NCBI GenBank assembly: GCA_963849955.1
Contig: CAWKJU010000009.1
Coordinates: forward strand, 247,531 to 311,530
Origin: an uncultured Cytophagales bacterium
GTDB taxonomy: Bacteria; Bacteroidota; Bacteroidia; Cytophagales; JAAEPT01
Direction of reading: 5' to 3'
DNA: 64,000 bases
The first letter of the stretch is position 1, and every line of letters starts with the position of its first letter. Positions 32,552-41,191 of the stretch are shown here, in pieces. The notes beneath the pieces are model-generated. The model did no database searches. It was not told the origin of the DNA and saw only the letters and a list, made by a program, of their open reading frames with translations. A program made the translations under genes and the position numbers.

Positions 32552-32868
32552 CTTCTTATATATTAACTTTGTACTTATTATTGATCAAAAGAAGTTGTTG
32601 ATGACATCATCCAACTCAACCGGAATTTTCATTGAGTGTAGTTGACATCATTGGTTCTTTCCTACTTACTGCTCTTTTCTTTCAACAGCTATTGCTGCTT
32701 ATTCAATGAAGATTTGTGTTAAGATTGAAGCAACAATTTACCCTACACGGTATCCTGAAACTTTCGGGGTTCAACTGAACTGTTCTTTTTCTCGAAAGAA
32801 ACTGAACGGATATCCAATCAACCACTTCTTATTTCTACTTTTTTTAGAAGAAGTAAACTTCATCATCG

Positions 32869-33260
32869 CTAGATCCTAAATCTAGTGTTCTACCAATTGA
32901 ACTACTCTAACCGCGAGTCAGAGATGGGATTCGAACCCACAACTCGATCTTGTTGTTCTTACCAACTGAACTATCCCGACTAATCGGGAGAGGGAATCGA
33001 ACCCTCGACCTACAAGGTGAGAAAGATGTCCATTTCAAAACCAGTATATTAAAACCTACAAGGCTAACACTACCGAGCCATACAGAGACCCAGGTTTCAA
33101 TTTATAAACAACCGTCTTTCGTTGTCGGAAAAGGATTCGAACCTTTATCTTCAGCATTAAAACTAACGTCCTACCATTGGACCATCCGATAATATTTTTG
33201 TCTCCTCTCCCGGATTCGAACCGAGACCTTCTTTAACAGAATCGCCAGGCTATAAATACG
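32869..33260 (-). tRNA. aberrant tRNA-like array: four T-arm/acceptor-3' modules interleaved with 5' acceptor/D-arm modules (pseudo-tRNAs, rearranged or non-canonical tRNA genes)
   Basis: On the minus strand there are four GGTTCGA(A/T)TCC T-arm modules, at approximately 32924-32940, 32990-33006, 33133-33149 and 33209-33225. There are three D-arm modules (GTTCAATTGGTAGAAC, GTTCAGTTGGTAAGAAC, GTCCAATGGTAGGAC). A clean 5' part of tRNA-Leu(TAG) (acceptor GTTAGAG, anticodon stem-loop CTAGA-TTTAGGA-TCTAG) sits at 32869-32911 with no downstream T-arm. No module gives a fully canonical cloverleaf in my hand fold. Confidence 0.4.
33122..33191 (-). tRNA. best-formed tRNA-like unit of the array (perfect D- and T-arms, acceptor with one A.C mismatch, poorly paired anticodon stem); probable pseudo-tRNA
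   Basis: The layout is TATCGGA TG GTCC AATGGTA GGAC G TTAGT TTTAATG CTGAA GAT AAAGG TTCGAAT CCTTT TCCGACA A. Only 3 of 5 anticodon-stem pairs form. Confidence 0.3.
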
Positions 33261-33417
33261 CTTCCCTACTCTACTTCTTTAGATCGGTATTTCGGTGCTT
33301 CTGTAAATTCTATTCATCCAGATCTTTCACTAAACGACATCTTCCTGACTGTCCACGATTAAGCAATTTTCCCGCAGCACTTCCTTTTATGCTAAGAGGA
33401 GTTTAATTTTTCAATTA

Positions 33418-33442
33418 CCCGTTCCGCCATTTACGGAACGGG
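33418..33442. other. strong stand-alone hairpin cccgttccg-ccattta-cggaacggg
   Basis: A 9-bp GC-rich stem lies between the tRNA array and the divergent DUF559 gene. The plus strand carries a G/T-rich tail after it, so it could be a terminator or an attenuator. Confidence 0.35.
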
Positions 33443-33497
33443 GGTTTATATTTAATCCATCGATTAATTAATCAACACTTCAAAGTTGAGGTGTAAG

Positions 33498-33517
33498 TAC
33501 GCAGTCTTTTTGCGTAG
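33498..33517. repeat. 20-nt hairpin motif tacgcagtctttttgcgtag (copy 2 of 2)
   Basis: Identical to 29576-29595. It lies ~50 nt upstream of the DUF559 ORF, which directly precedes the WYL-regulator gene. Confidence 0.6.
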
Positions 33518-33688
33518 TGAAAATTATTTCGTTTTTTTAAGAAAATAATTTTACTGGGCCTTTAGATTTTGGGAGCTAGAATGCGTATTAAAAAAATTGA
33601 AAGTTACTTGGAGAAAAGAACTTCGGCTATAAAACACCCCCCTAACCCGTCTGAAGAGGGGAATACCTTATTTACTACTTATAGTACT

Positions 33689-34138
33689 ATGGCAAGAAAC
33701 AAAATCATTTCTTATAGAAAAGACCTGAAACAAAAAGCACGAGAACTTAGAAAGAATAGTACGTTAGCGGAAGTGCTCTTATGGAGTGAGATCAAGAATA
33801 AACAACTTGAAGGGCATCAATTTCATCGACAAGTTCCAATGTTAAATTATATCGTAGATTTCTATTGTCATGAGCTGATGCTTGCTATAGAAATTGATGG
33901 TGATAGCCACAACTCAGCTGAAGCAGTAAAATATGACATCAAAAGACAAAAGGCATTAGAACTTGAGGGAGTACATTTTTTGCGTTTTGATGACTTAGAT
34001 GTAAAGAAGAATATTGCGTTTGTTCTCAATTCGATTTTAGAAACCTTTGTAGAAAATCAATCTGACCACACTCAACAAACGACCACTAACTCCTCCCTTG
34101 AGGGAGGTGCAGGAGGGTTGTTAACACTAAACCTATAA
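33689..34138 (+). CDS. DUF559 endonuclease-like (Vsr/restriction-endonuclease fold) protein
   Basis: The conserved core is STLAEVLLWSEIKNKQLEGHQFHRQVPMLNYIVDFYCHELMLAIEIDGDSHN...ALELEGVHFLRF. The track ORF starts at 33569. A start at the internal Met 33689 (MARNKII...) gives the usual ~150-aa size. Confidence 0.6.
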   Translation: MARNKIISYRKDLKQKARELRKNSTLAEVLLWSEIKNKQLEGHQFHRQVPMLNYIVDFYCHELMLAIEIDGDSHNSAEAVKYDIKRQKALELEGVHFLRFDDLDVKKNIAFVLNSILETFVENQSDHTQQTTTNSSLEGGAGGLLTLNL

Positions 34139-34141
34139 ACT

Positions 34142-35872
34142 ATGCCAGTTAACAGAAACGCGCTCATTCGGTACACCACTTTAGACAACTGCCTCAGAAA
34201 CAAGTACCGTAAGTGGACACTCGATGATTTAATTGACGCCTGCTCTGAGGCACTGTATGAATTTGAAGGAATCGACAAAGGTGTTAGCAAGCGTACGGTA
34301 CAAATGGATTTGCAAATTATGCGCAGTGAAAAACTGGGATATAATGCTCCAATAGTAGTGATTGATAAAAAGTATTATACGTATTCCAATTCTGAGTACT
34401 CAATTACCAACATTCCACTTACTGATCAAGATTTAGGTAAACTATCGGAAGTGGTGACCATACTGAAACAGTTTAAAGGCTTTACACATTTTAAAGAATT
34501 GAGCGGCATGCTCCAACGGTTGGAAGACAAAGTGCACACGTCAAAAACCCGAGAAAGATCTATAATTGATTTAGAGAAAAATGAATCATTGAAAGGTTTG
34601 GAGTTTATTGACCCTATTTATCAATCGATTTTAAAGAAAAAGTGCCTCAACATCACTTACCAATCGTTTAAGGCAAGACATGAAAACACTTTTGTTTTTC
34701 ACCCCATCCTGTTAAAGGAACATAGAAATCGATGGTTTGTCCTCGGAAAGAAAAATAAACGGAAAGAGACTCTATTGTTAGCACTTGACCGAATAATCAA
34801 CCTATCGGACTGTGAAACACCAATCATGGATTATGACGAAAAATATTTCTCTGATTTCTTCCAACATGTCATTGGAGTAAGTGTAAACGAAGGACAAGCC
34901 CCACAAGAAATTGTGTTGCTTGCTACCCATGTGAATGCACCATATTTAGAAACAAAACCACTCCACCACAGTCAAAAAACGTTGAAAAAGACTAATGAGG
35001 GTACGTATTTTTCTCTGTTTGTTCAACACAACTTTGAATTAGAACGAGACATACTTGCATTTGGCGACCGCATAAAGGTAGTTTCTCCACCCCGCCTTCG
35101 ATCAATCATTATGCATCGCCTATCTCATTCGCTTGACTTGTATAAAACTGAGTTAAACACAAGTTTACTCAAAAATTACAGTCAACAACTAGAAGCGAAA
35201 GGATCAATAATTAACGATAACATTTACACAAAAAAAGAAATTGGAATAATGGGGAAACTCATTAAAACCTATTACGACAACCAACCAGACACTCACAACG
35301 AAACGTTTGCTATCCGCGAACTTTTCATTAAGATCCCTCAATTGGCTAGTGTCTGCTTGAACAGTAATTTAAAAAAAATATTAAGTCATTTAGACAAACA
35401 GGTGTTTCTGACAAAAGCCATCTTTTTCACAAAACTACCGGAAGCAAATTGGTACGTCACGTGGCACCAAGACCTGGCTATTAATGTGATGAAAAAAATT
35501 GACACTAATGGGTACTCAGGTTGGACAGTAAAAGAAAATGTAATAAGTGTAATTCCTCCTGAGGAGATTATAAGGTCCATAATTACTATTCGCATTCACT
35601 TAGATGATACAAACCAGGAAAATGGAGGGCTCAAAATTATTACTGGCTCACATAAAAAAAGACTTACTGATGATGAAATTAAACTAATCACTAACAACGC
35701 CTTGCCAACCACTTGTGACATTTCATCTGGAGGAATACAAATAATGAAACCTTTATTGCTACACGCATCAAATAAGTCAACTAATAACAAACCGAGAAGA
35801 GTTATTCATCTGGAGTTTAGTGCAACTACGCTACCTAACGGATTAGCTTGGCGTGAACATCATAACATATAA
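34142..35872 (+). CDS. WYL-domain transcriptional regulator (wHTH-WYL-WCX) fused to a C-terminal phytanoyl-CoA dioxygenase (PhyH)-like Fe(II)/2OG oxygenase domain
   Basis: 576 aa. The N-terminal wHTH is LIDACSEALYEFEGIDKGVSKRTVQMDLQIMRSEKLGY. The WYL-like core is TYQSFKARHENTFVFHPILLKEHRNRWFVLG...LDRIINL. The C-terminal ~200 aa carry the PhyH HxD motif (WYVTWHQDLA) and a distal His (GGLKIITGSHKK). Confidence 0.55.
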   Translation: MPVNRNALIRYTTLDNCLRNKYRKWTLDDLIDACSEALYEFEGIDKGVSKRTVQMDLQIMRSEKLGYNAPIVVIDKKYYTYSNSEYSITNIPLTDQDLGKLSEVVTILKQFKGFTHFKELSGMLQRLEDKVHTSKTRERSIIDLEKNESLKGLEFIDPIYQSILKKKCLNITYQSFKARHENTFVFHPILLKEHRNRWFVLGKKNKRKETLLLALDRIINLSDCETPIMDYDEKYFSDFFQHVIGVSVNEGQAPQEIVLLATHVNAPYLETKPLHHSQKTLKKTNEGTYFSLFVQHNFELERDILAFGDRIKVVSPPRLRSIIMHRLSHSLDLYKTELNTSLLKNYSQQLEAKGSIINDNIYTKKEIGIMGKLIKTYYDNQPDTHNETFAIRELFIKIPQLASVCLNSNLKKILSHLDKQVFLTKAIFFTKLPEANWYVTWHQDLAINVMKKIDTNGYSGWTVKENVISVIPPEEIIRSIITIRIHLDDTNQENGGLKIITGSHKKRLTDDEIKLITNNALPTTCDISSGGIQIMKPLLLHASNKSTNNKPRRVIHLEFSATTLPNGLAWREHHNI

Positions 35873-36060
35873 CCATCAATTAGTGAAATCTCTTAATTTA
35901 AAGACTTATCTTTATGGTCAGTCATACCTATCACTAGAATACTCAAAGTATAGAAAGGACAACTCTGATGAAAGGTGAAAATTACTCTATTAAAAATGAA
36001 TAACCTGTAACTAATTGATCATTCCTCATTACTAATAATACTTACATCAATACAACCTAC

Positions 36061-37449
36061 ATGAAACACATAATTTTGATTCGCCTAAGTATATTATTAA
36101 CTACTACTTTATTATTGAATAGTTGTGGTAAACAACATCAAGAAGCCTCATCGACTGGTACAATCGCACCCGAAAATGCACCACTTCTTAAGGATGATGT
36201 AACTCCATCTAATAATACAAAACTAGCTTCATTAGTTGAATCACAAGTGTACGACTTCAATGCCTCTGAAAATTTTGTGACAACTACGCGACATGGAATG
36301 AAAATAAATATCCCTTCAGGATGTTTAGAAGATTTAAATGGTAACCCCATTTCTGGTCAAGTAAAATTGGAAGTTACAGAGTACTACACCGTTGGAGAAA
36401 TTATCTTAGGTGGAATTTCGATGCACTATAAAGAAGGTGAACAAATTCACCATTTTGAGTCGGATGGCATGTTTACTATGCATGCTTCTCAAAACAATAA
36501 ACCGCTAAAAATAGCTGAGGGAAAACAGATTTCTGCAGTCACTCAAAGGACCAAAACTAATAAAGGATTTGAGTTTTACGTGATGAATGATACTGCCTGG
36601 GAAAAGGACGCAACCAATGACATTGCTGATATCGATCAACAAGTTTTACCGGTTTTACAAAAACCTATCAACCCCCACACACCAACGCCTTTAATCCAGT
36701 TTAATCCCAACCTATATACACTTGAACAGGATATCAGAAAATATTTACCCGAAAATTCAACAGCCAACATGTCACAAAACACCGTTGTTCAACTGGATAT
36801 TGATATACGGGAAAACCGATGGATTTTAAACAAAAAAAACTGGAAGTTTGACCATAAAATATCAAGAATACTCAGAAATAAAGAAGGTGAGAAGGGTAAA
36901 TTTGATACCATTGAATACACAACCATTTATGCCGTAAGAGGAAATAAAAAATATGAAGAATTAGTCAGTCAAAAAGAGCAATACGACAAGGAGTTAGCCG
37001 CATATAATGAAAATTTTGCCGCTCGTAAAAGTGCTGGACAGTTAAGTGTTGCTGAGCTGAGTCAGGAGTTAATCATCACCCAGTTTGGGACCTATAACAT
37101 TGATAGATATCTATCATTGCCCCCTCAATTAATGGTTGAAAAAAACTTTATTATATCTGCACCGATCAACATCACTTCCAATAGTAAAGTTTACATGATT
37201 GCTAAAGACAGTAAAAATGTAATCTATCCAATTGATTTAACCGTGTATAAAGACCTGCTTCGTTTCAAGAAAAATGAACAAAATGCATTAATCGTGATTA
37301 ATGAAGATAAAATTTATGGTATAAATCAAAAGGTGTTTGAACAGACCGCTAAAAGTCAAATAAACCAACCACAATTTGATTTCCAATTAAAAGAATTAGC
37401 ATTCAATGACGTGGAAAGTTTTGACAAAGCCCTGGAGTCACTATTTTAA
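36061..37449 (+). CDS. hypothetical lipoprotein
   Basis: 462 aa with a lipoprotein signal (LLLNSCGK). It is Asn/Lys-rich and shows no catalytic motif. Confidence 0.4.
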   Translation: MKHIILIRLSILLTTTLLLNSCGKQHQEASSTGTIAPENAPLLKDDVTPSNNTKLASLVESQVYDFNASENFVTTTRHGMKINIPSGCLEDLNGNPISGQVKLEVTEYYTVGEIILGGISMHYKEGEQIHHFESDGMFTMHASQNNKPLKIAEGKQISAVTQRTKTNKGFEFYVMNDTAWEKDATNDIADIDQQVLPVLQKPINPHTPTPLIQFNPNLYTLEQDIRKYLPENSTANMSQNTVVQLDIDIRENRWILNKKNWKFDHKISRILRNKEGEKGKFDTIEYTTIYAVRGNKKYEELVSQKEQYDKELAAYNENFAARKSAGQLSVAELSQELIITQFGTYNIDRYLSLPPQLMVEKNFIISAPINITSNSKVYMIAKDSKNVIYPIDLTVYKDLLRFKKNEQNALIVINEDKIYGINQKVFEQTAKSQINQPQFDFQLKELAFNDVESFDKALESLF

Positions 37450-40400
37450 GGCATTCTATTTCCTTAGCTGTTTTTTATTATCCCAAGTTGTTGTAGCCCA
37501 GCACCTCTACCCTATTGTAGATGGCAACTACTGTGGGTTAATCAATCCGTCAGGAGAGAGCAAAGTCCCTACTACTTATCATATCTGTAATTATGACCAC
37601 GCTATGGGTCTGGCATTTGTTAAGAATGAAAAGGGATGGTCGATAAAAAATAATATGGGAGCAACCATCTCCTCCTTTTATTCTGATACCATCTGGAAGT
37701 TTAGTAATGACTACATCATCTGTAAACATACTGGTGGAAGTAGCCTTTTTCAGCTGAAAGGAGCACACCTCAAACTGATTGAAAAAGCTGATTCAGCGAC
37801 TCTTTTTCATGACGCAGAAACTCTTTACTTGCGTTTGTACAACAACCACAGCAGCTATTTATTCAACAAAGAAGGCAGCTATTATTTGAAAGAGCTACAG
37901 GTGAATTCCTTTGAAAAAATAAGTAGCCAACATTTTTTAGTATCCAAAGATCACCATTTCGGAATAACAGACCTACTCGGAAACACCTATTTAAACATAG
38001 AATATGACAGTATTCAACATTATTATGGTGGCCTAAAGTTTTATAAAAACTCAAAAGTAGGTTTCAAAAAAAAACATTTTTATCTCAACTCAAGAAAAGG
38101 TGATCACTCCTATACTTTTTTAACTGCAAGTTATGATTTAATTGAAACCTTCGGAGAACACTATCTAAGACTAAAAAAAAGTGATCAACTTATTCTATAT
38201 CATATTAAAGATCAAAAAAATGTAACCCAGAACTTCAACCATCAAGCGATTCCTTTTACGGAACTTCACCACATCTACAAGGTGGGAAACAGGTATGGTC
38301 TTACCGATCTGGAAGGTAAAATACTTTCTCAACCCACGTATGATAAATTATTTGACAGTGGTCACCCAAATGTCATCATCTATGTGAAAGACAACTTATT
38401 TGGTTTTTTGGATGGCAAAGGAAATGAATTAACAGATAATTTATTCGACTCCATTGCTCCGTTCAAAGAAAAAGGCATATTTCCTCGTTCCTTTACTAAA
38501 TACAAACAAAACAATTATTTCGGATTGGTCAATATAAAAGGCGACACCCTTTGTGGACCACGCTACGCTGATATTCATTTAATCTCAGACGACAGAGCGG
38601 CATGCATGCGGACAGACTCATCTGCTCGAATCTTTCTACTTAATAAACGTAATGCTGAGTTAGAGGATTATTACGACATTCTGCACATCAAACAATTAGA
38701 CATCTCCAAGTATTTAATACACACAGGAACTGATGCACTAACCACAAAAATTGGCCCTCATGACAATCGCTATTTTGCCCATAAAATTTATAATTACGAC
38801 AATGTATTGAGACAAAATTTCCAGTACAATCTTGCTGACTACTCCAAGGTGGTGCTGAAAAAGGTGAAGAATAACCACCTTTTTTTCTGTTACCATTTAA
38901 ATGAAAACAGCTTTGCACCTACTGATGAAAGCATCACGCTTTTATCAGTGGATCATAGCCATCGAAGTGGGTATAGATTTTACAACCCCGTGATATATGC
39001 TAACGAAACCTATCAATCGACACAATTAATTGATCATACATTTATTAAAGCCGTGGACTTCAACAATAAAGTCACCTATTTAAACCTCGATTTATCTCCT
39101 TTTCTGCTGACTGGTTATGAAGGTAAAACCAAAAAATCGATGCTTGTTTCTGATCATTTTACAGGTTCAAAATCTTTCCCCAATGTTTTTAAAGTAACCG
39201 CATTCGCAGGTGAAGCCAATTACCTGGTGCCACATAACAACTATCAGGAACAACATATACCCATAGGCTATGACAGTTTAAAAATCAATGATACCATTAT
39301 CATAGGTCGCAAAAATAATTACTGGCAAATAGCCAATTACGACTCACTAAAACTTCCAGAAAAAGCAGTTGACATCAGTTTTAACGACTCCCTTTACTTA
39401 ACCACTCAGAAACACCGTTCTTATTATATATATGACAAATACGGCAACGAAACCCTGCACTTTGATTCCATCACGGTAATAGATGAATCTGTAGACGGGT
39501 TAATTTTGATTGAAAAAGACAGCTTATTTAACTTCATAAATCCCGCTGGTAAATTGATTTTAAATGAATGGGTGGAAGATGTGCAACCCTTTAAAAACGG
39601 GTTTTCTTCTGTCAGAAACCAAAACATGTTTAACACTATTAATACCAATGGAGTTGTTATCATTTCCAACCAAAGCAAACCACTCTTTTTTAATGCAGCG
39701 GGGGTAGCCGTTTATTATCATGAAAAGAATTACGGATTGATCGATTCAACTGGTGAAATCATTGATTCAGCACATTACTATTTTCTAAAAACAATAGAAA
39801 ATACGAACCTGTTTATGTTTAAAAATAATAGACAAGATGAATTAGGGATTATATCCTCAACGGGGTTAAAACTACAAATAAATGAATTTAAAAAAGTAAG
39901 CCATTTAGCCGACAACCTCATTTTGATTACGTCCAAAAAAGGTGTGGGGATATTGAATGCAACCACCGGGAAAATTGTTTCAAAACCGTCATACAGTAGT
40001 ATTAAGTATGCAGGTGAAGGTTTTCTTCTTGTCAAGAAAAAAACAAAATGGGGACTTTACAATCAATTTGGAGCCAAAATTTTGCCATTAAAATACTATG
40101 CTATTAGTTACTTTAGATCCAATGGATATGCTATGGCAAAAGGCAAAAAGAACACCTTCTACGTGTTGACCGATGGAACGATAACTCAAGATAAACCAGC
40201 TGATCCACCAAAGCCCGAGTGTGACATACAACCCTTGATTTTAAATTATCTAGGCGAATATTGTGGAATTGAAAAGCTGAAGATACCTGCACAATTTCAT
40301 AAAATCACTCCATTTCGAAATGGTTGTTATTTAGCTGAAAGAAATCATAGATATCTTATTACGAATTTAAATGGCAAAGTATTATTAGAGTCAGACTCGT

Positions 40401-40498
40401 GGCTGGCTGCCAATATAGTAGATAATTACATCATGAAAGTTCAACTTGAAAACAGCGTTAAGTATTATAACCTTAGAACAAAAACGTGGGTGTATTAA
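37406..40498 (+). CDS. large WG/KWG-type beta-repeat protein
   Basis: 1030 aa with many ~40-aa repeats of the form (Y/F)G(L/F)(I/L/V)DxxGxxI(L/I)xPxYD (YGLTDLEGKILSQPTYDKL, FGFLDGKGNELTDNLFDSI, YGLIDSTGEIIDSAHYYF, WGLYNQFGAKILPLKYYAI). It overlaps the previous ORF by 44 nt, so the real start may be downstream. Confidence 0.5.
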   Translation: MTWKVLTKPWSHYFKAFYFLSCFLLSQVVVAQHLYPIVDGNYCGLINPSGESKVPTTYHICNYDHAMGLAFVKNEKGWSIKNNMGATISSFYSDTIWKFSNDYIICKHTGGSSLFQLKGAHLKLIEKADSATLFHDAETLYLRLYNNHSSYLFNKEGSYYLKELQVNSFEKISSQHFLVSKDHHFGITDLLGNTYLNIEYDSIQHYYGGLKFYKNSKVGFKKKHFYLNSRKGDHSYTFLTASYDLIETFGEHYLRLKKSDQLILYHIKDQKNVTQNFNHQAIPFTELHHIYKVGNRYGLTDLEGKILSQPTYDKLFDSGHPNVIIYVKDNLFGFLDGKGNELTDNLFDSIAPFKEKGIFPRSFTKYKQNNYFGLVNIKGDTLCGPRYADIHLISDDRAACMRTDSSARIFLLNKRNAELEDYYDILHIKQLDISKYLIHTGTDALTTKIGPHDNRYFAHKIYNYDNVLRQNFQYNLADYSKVVLKKVKNNHLFFCYHLNENSFAPTDESITLLSVDHSHRSGYRFYNPVIYANETYQSTQLIDHTFIKAVDFNNKVTYLNLDLSPFLLTGYEGKTKKSMLVSDHFTGSKSFPNVFKVTAFAGEANYLVPHNNYQEQHIPIGYDSLKINDTIIIGRKNNYWQIANYDSLKLPEKAVDISFNDSLYLTTQKHRSYYIYDKYGNETLHFDSITVIDESVDGLILIEKDSLFNFINPAGKLILNEWVEDVQPFKNGFSSVRNQNMFNTINTNGVVIISNQSKPLFFNAAGVAVYYHEKNYGLIDSTGEIIDSAHYYFLKTIENTNLFMFKNNRQDELGIISSTGLKLQINEFKKVSHLADNLILITSKKGVGILNATTGKIVSKPSYSSIKYAGEGFLLVKKKTKWGLYNQFGAKILPLKYYAISYFRSNGYAMAKGKKNTFYVLTDGTITQDKPADPPKPECDIQPLILNYLGEYCGIEKLKIPAQFHKITPFRNGCYLAERNHRYLITNLNGKVLLESDSWLAANIVDNYIMKVQLENSVKYYNLRTKTWVY

Positions 40499-41191
40499 TT
40501 AGATTAATGCTTTTCCAATTGCTAAATCAAAGTGCCTTTCATCATAATTTTGTAAAGCTGTATTTGCTCGATGGCGAATTTTTCTATTCATTAACCGTCT
40601 TTCCCAGCTAGTCATCCACCCACGGTTTACATTCCAGGAATAAGAATATAGTAAATTAGACACTAAGTTCGCTTCCAGCTTATCAACACGCTGTTGTAAT
40701 TCACTATCAATTAGTTGTAGGTGTGTAATATATGCTTTGGAATAAACGATTTTAAAATAATAGGAAGGCACTAAACAATAATACCTGACACTACGCCCAC
40801 GCCAAGAACTCCAACTCAATTCATATTTGTAAAATAGCTGCTTGGCCTTCTCAGGCAATGACTTATGCTGATCACTATCAATGCAAGCAAACCCAGGCCA
40901 AATCCATTCTTTGTTTTCGATTACATACCGATCCCATTTCTTATTTGCTGCTTTTTTAGTGTTACCCCAAACCCATTGAGCACCCACATTTAAAATCTCT
41001 TGATAGAGGTCAGCATCTTTCCTACGGGCAATATCATCGCGTAAGATCAGGTGTTTGTACCAACCATTTCTTATCGGTTTTTCTAATGGCACCGGTTCAA
41101 GTTCGCTTTTAGCGCGCTTCAACAACCTTAGCTCTTTTTGAATTTGTCTTACCACCTTTCTCCTTTCTTCTTTCGAATTAAAGCTTTTCAT
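40499..41191 (-). CDS. hypothetical basic Trp-rich protein, translationally coupled to prfH (third gene of the rtcB2-prfH module)
   Basis: 230-aa ORF. Its ATG overlaps the prfH TAA (TAATG junction at 41189-41193). No motif was recognised. It is Lys/Arg/Trp-rich (WYKHLILRDD, WVWGNTKK, WIWPGF, SWSSWRGRSVRYY). Confidence 0.45.
   Translation of the reverse strand: MKSFNSKEERRKVVRQIQKELRLLKRAKSELEPVPLEKPIRNGWYKHLILRDDIARRKDADLYQEILNVGAQWVWGNTKKAANKKWDRYVIENKEWIWPGFACIDSDQHKSLPEKAKQLFYKYELSWSSWRGRSVRYYCLVPSYYFKIVYSKAYITHLQLIDSELQQRVDKLEANLVSNLLYSYSWNVNRGWMTSWERRLMNRKIRHRANTALQNYDERHFDLAIGKALI

Noticed and set aside
32950-33192. 80-aa plus-strand ORF across the tRNA-like array.
   Set aside because: It runs antisense through T-arm and D-arm motifs, and its translation is low-complexity. 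The ORF is explained by the absence of stops in structured RNA-like sequence.
33300-33560. tmRNA (ssrA) upstream of the tRNA-like array, suggested by T-arm-like ends and hairpins.
   Set aside because: No reading frame ending in the conserved ...ALAA-stop tag could be found on either strand, and no 5' GGGG...acceptor pairing partner is present.
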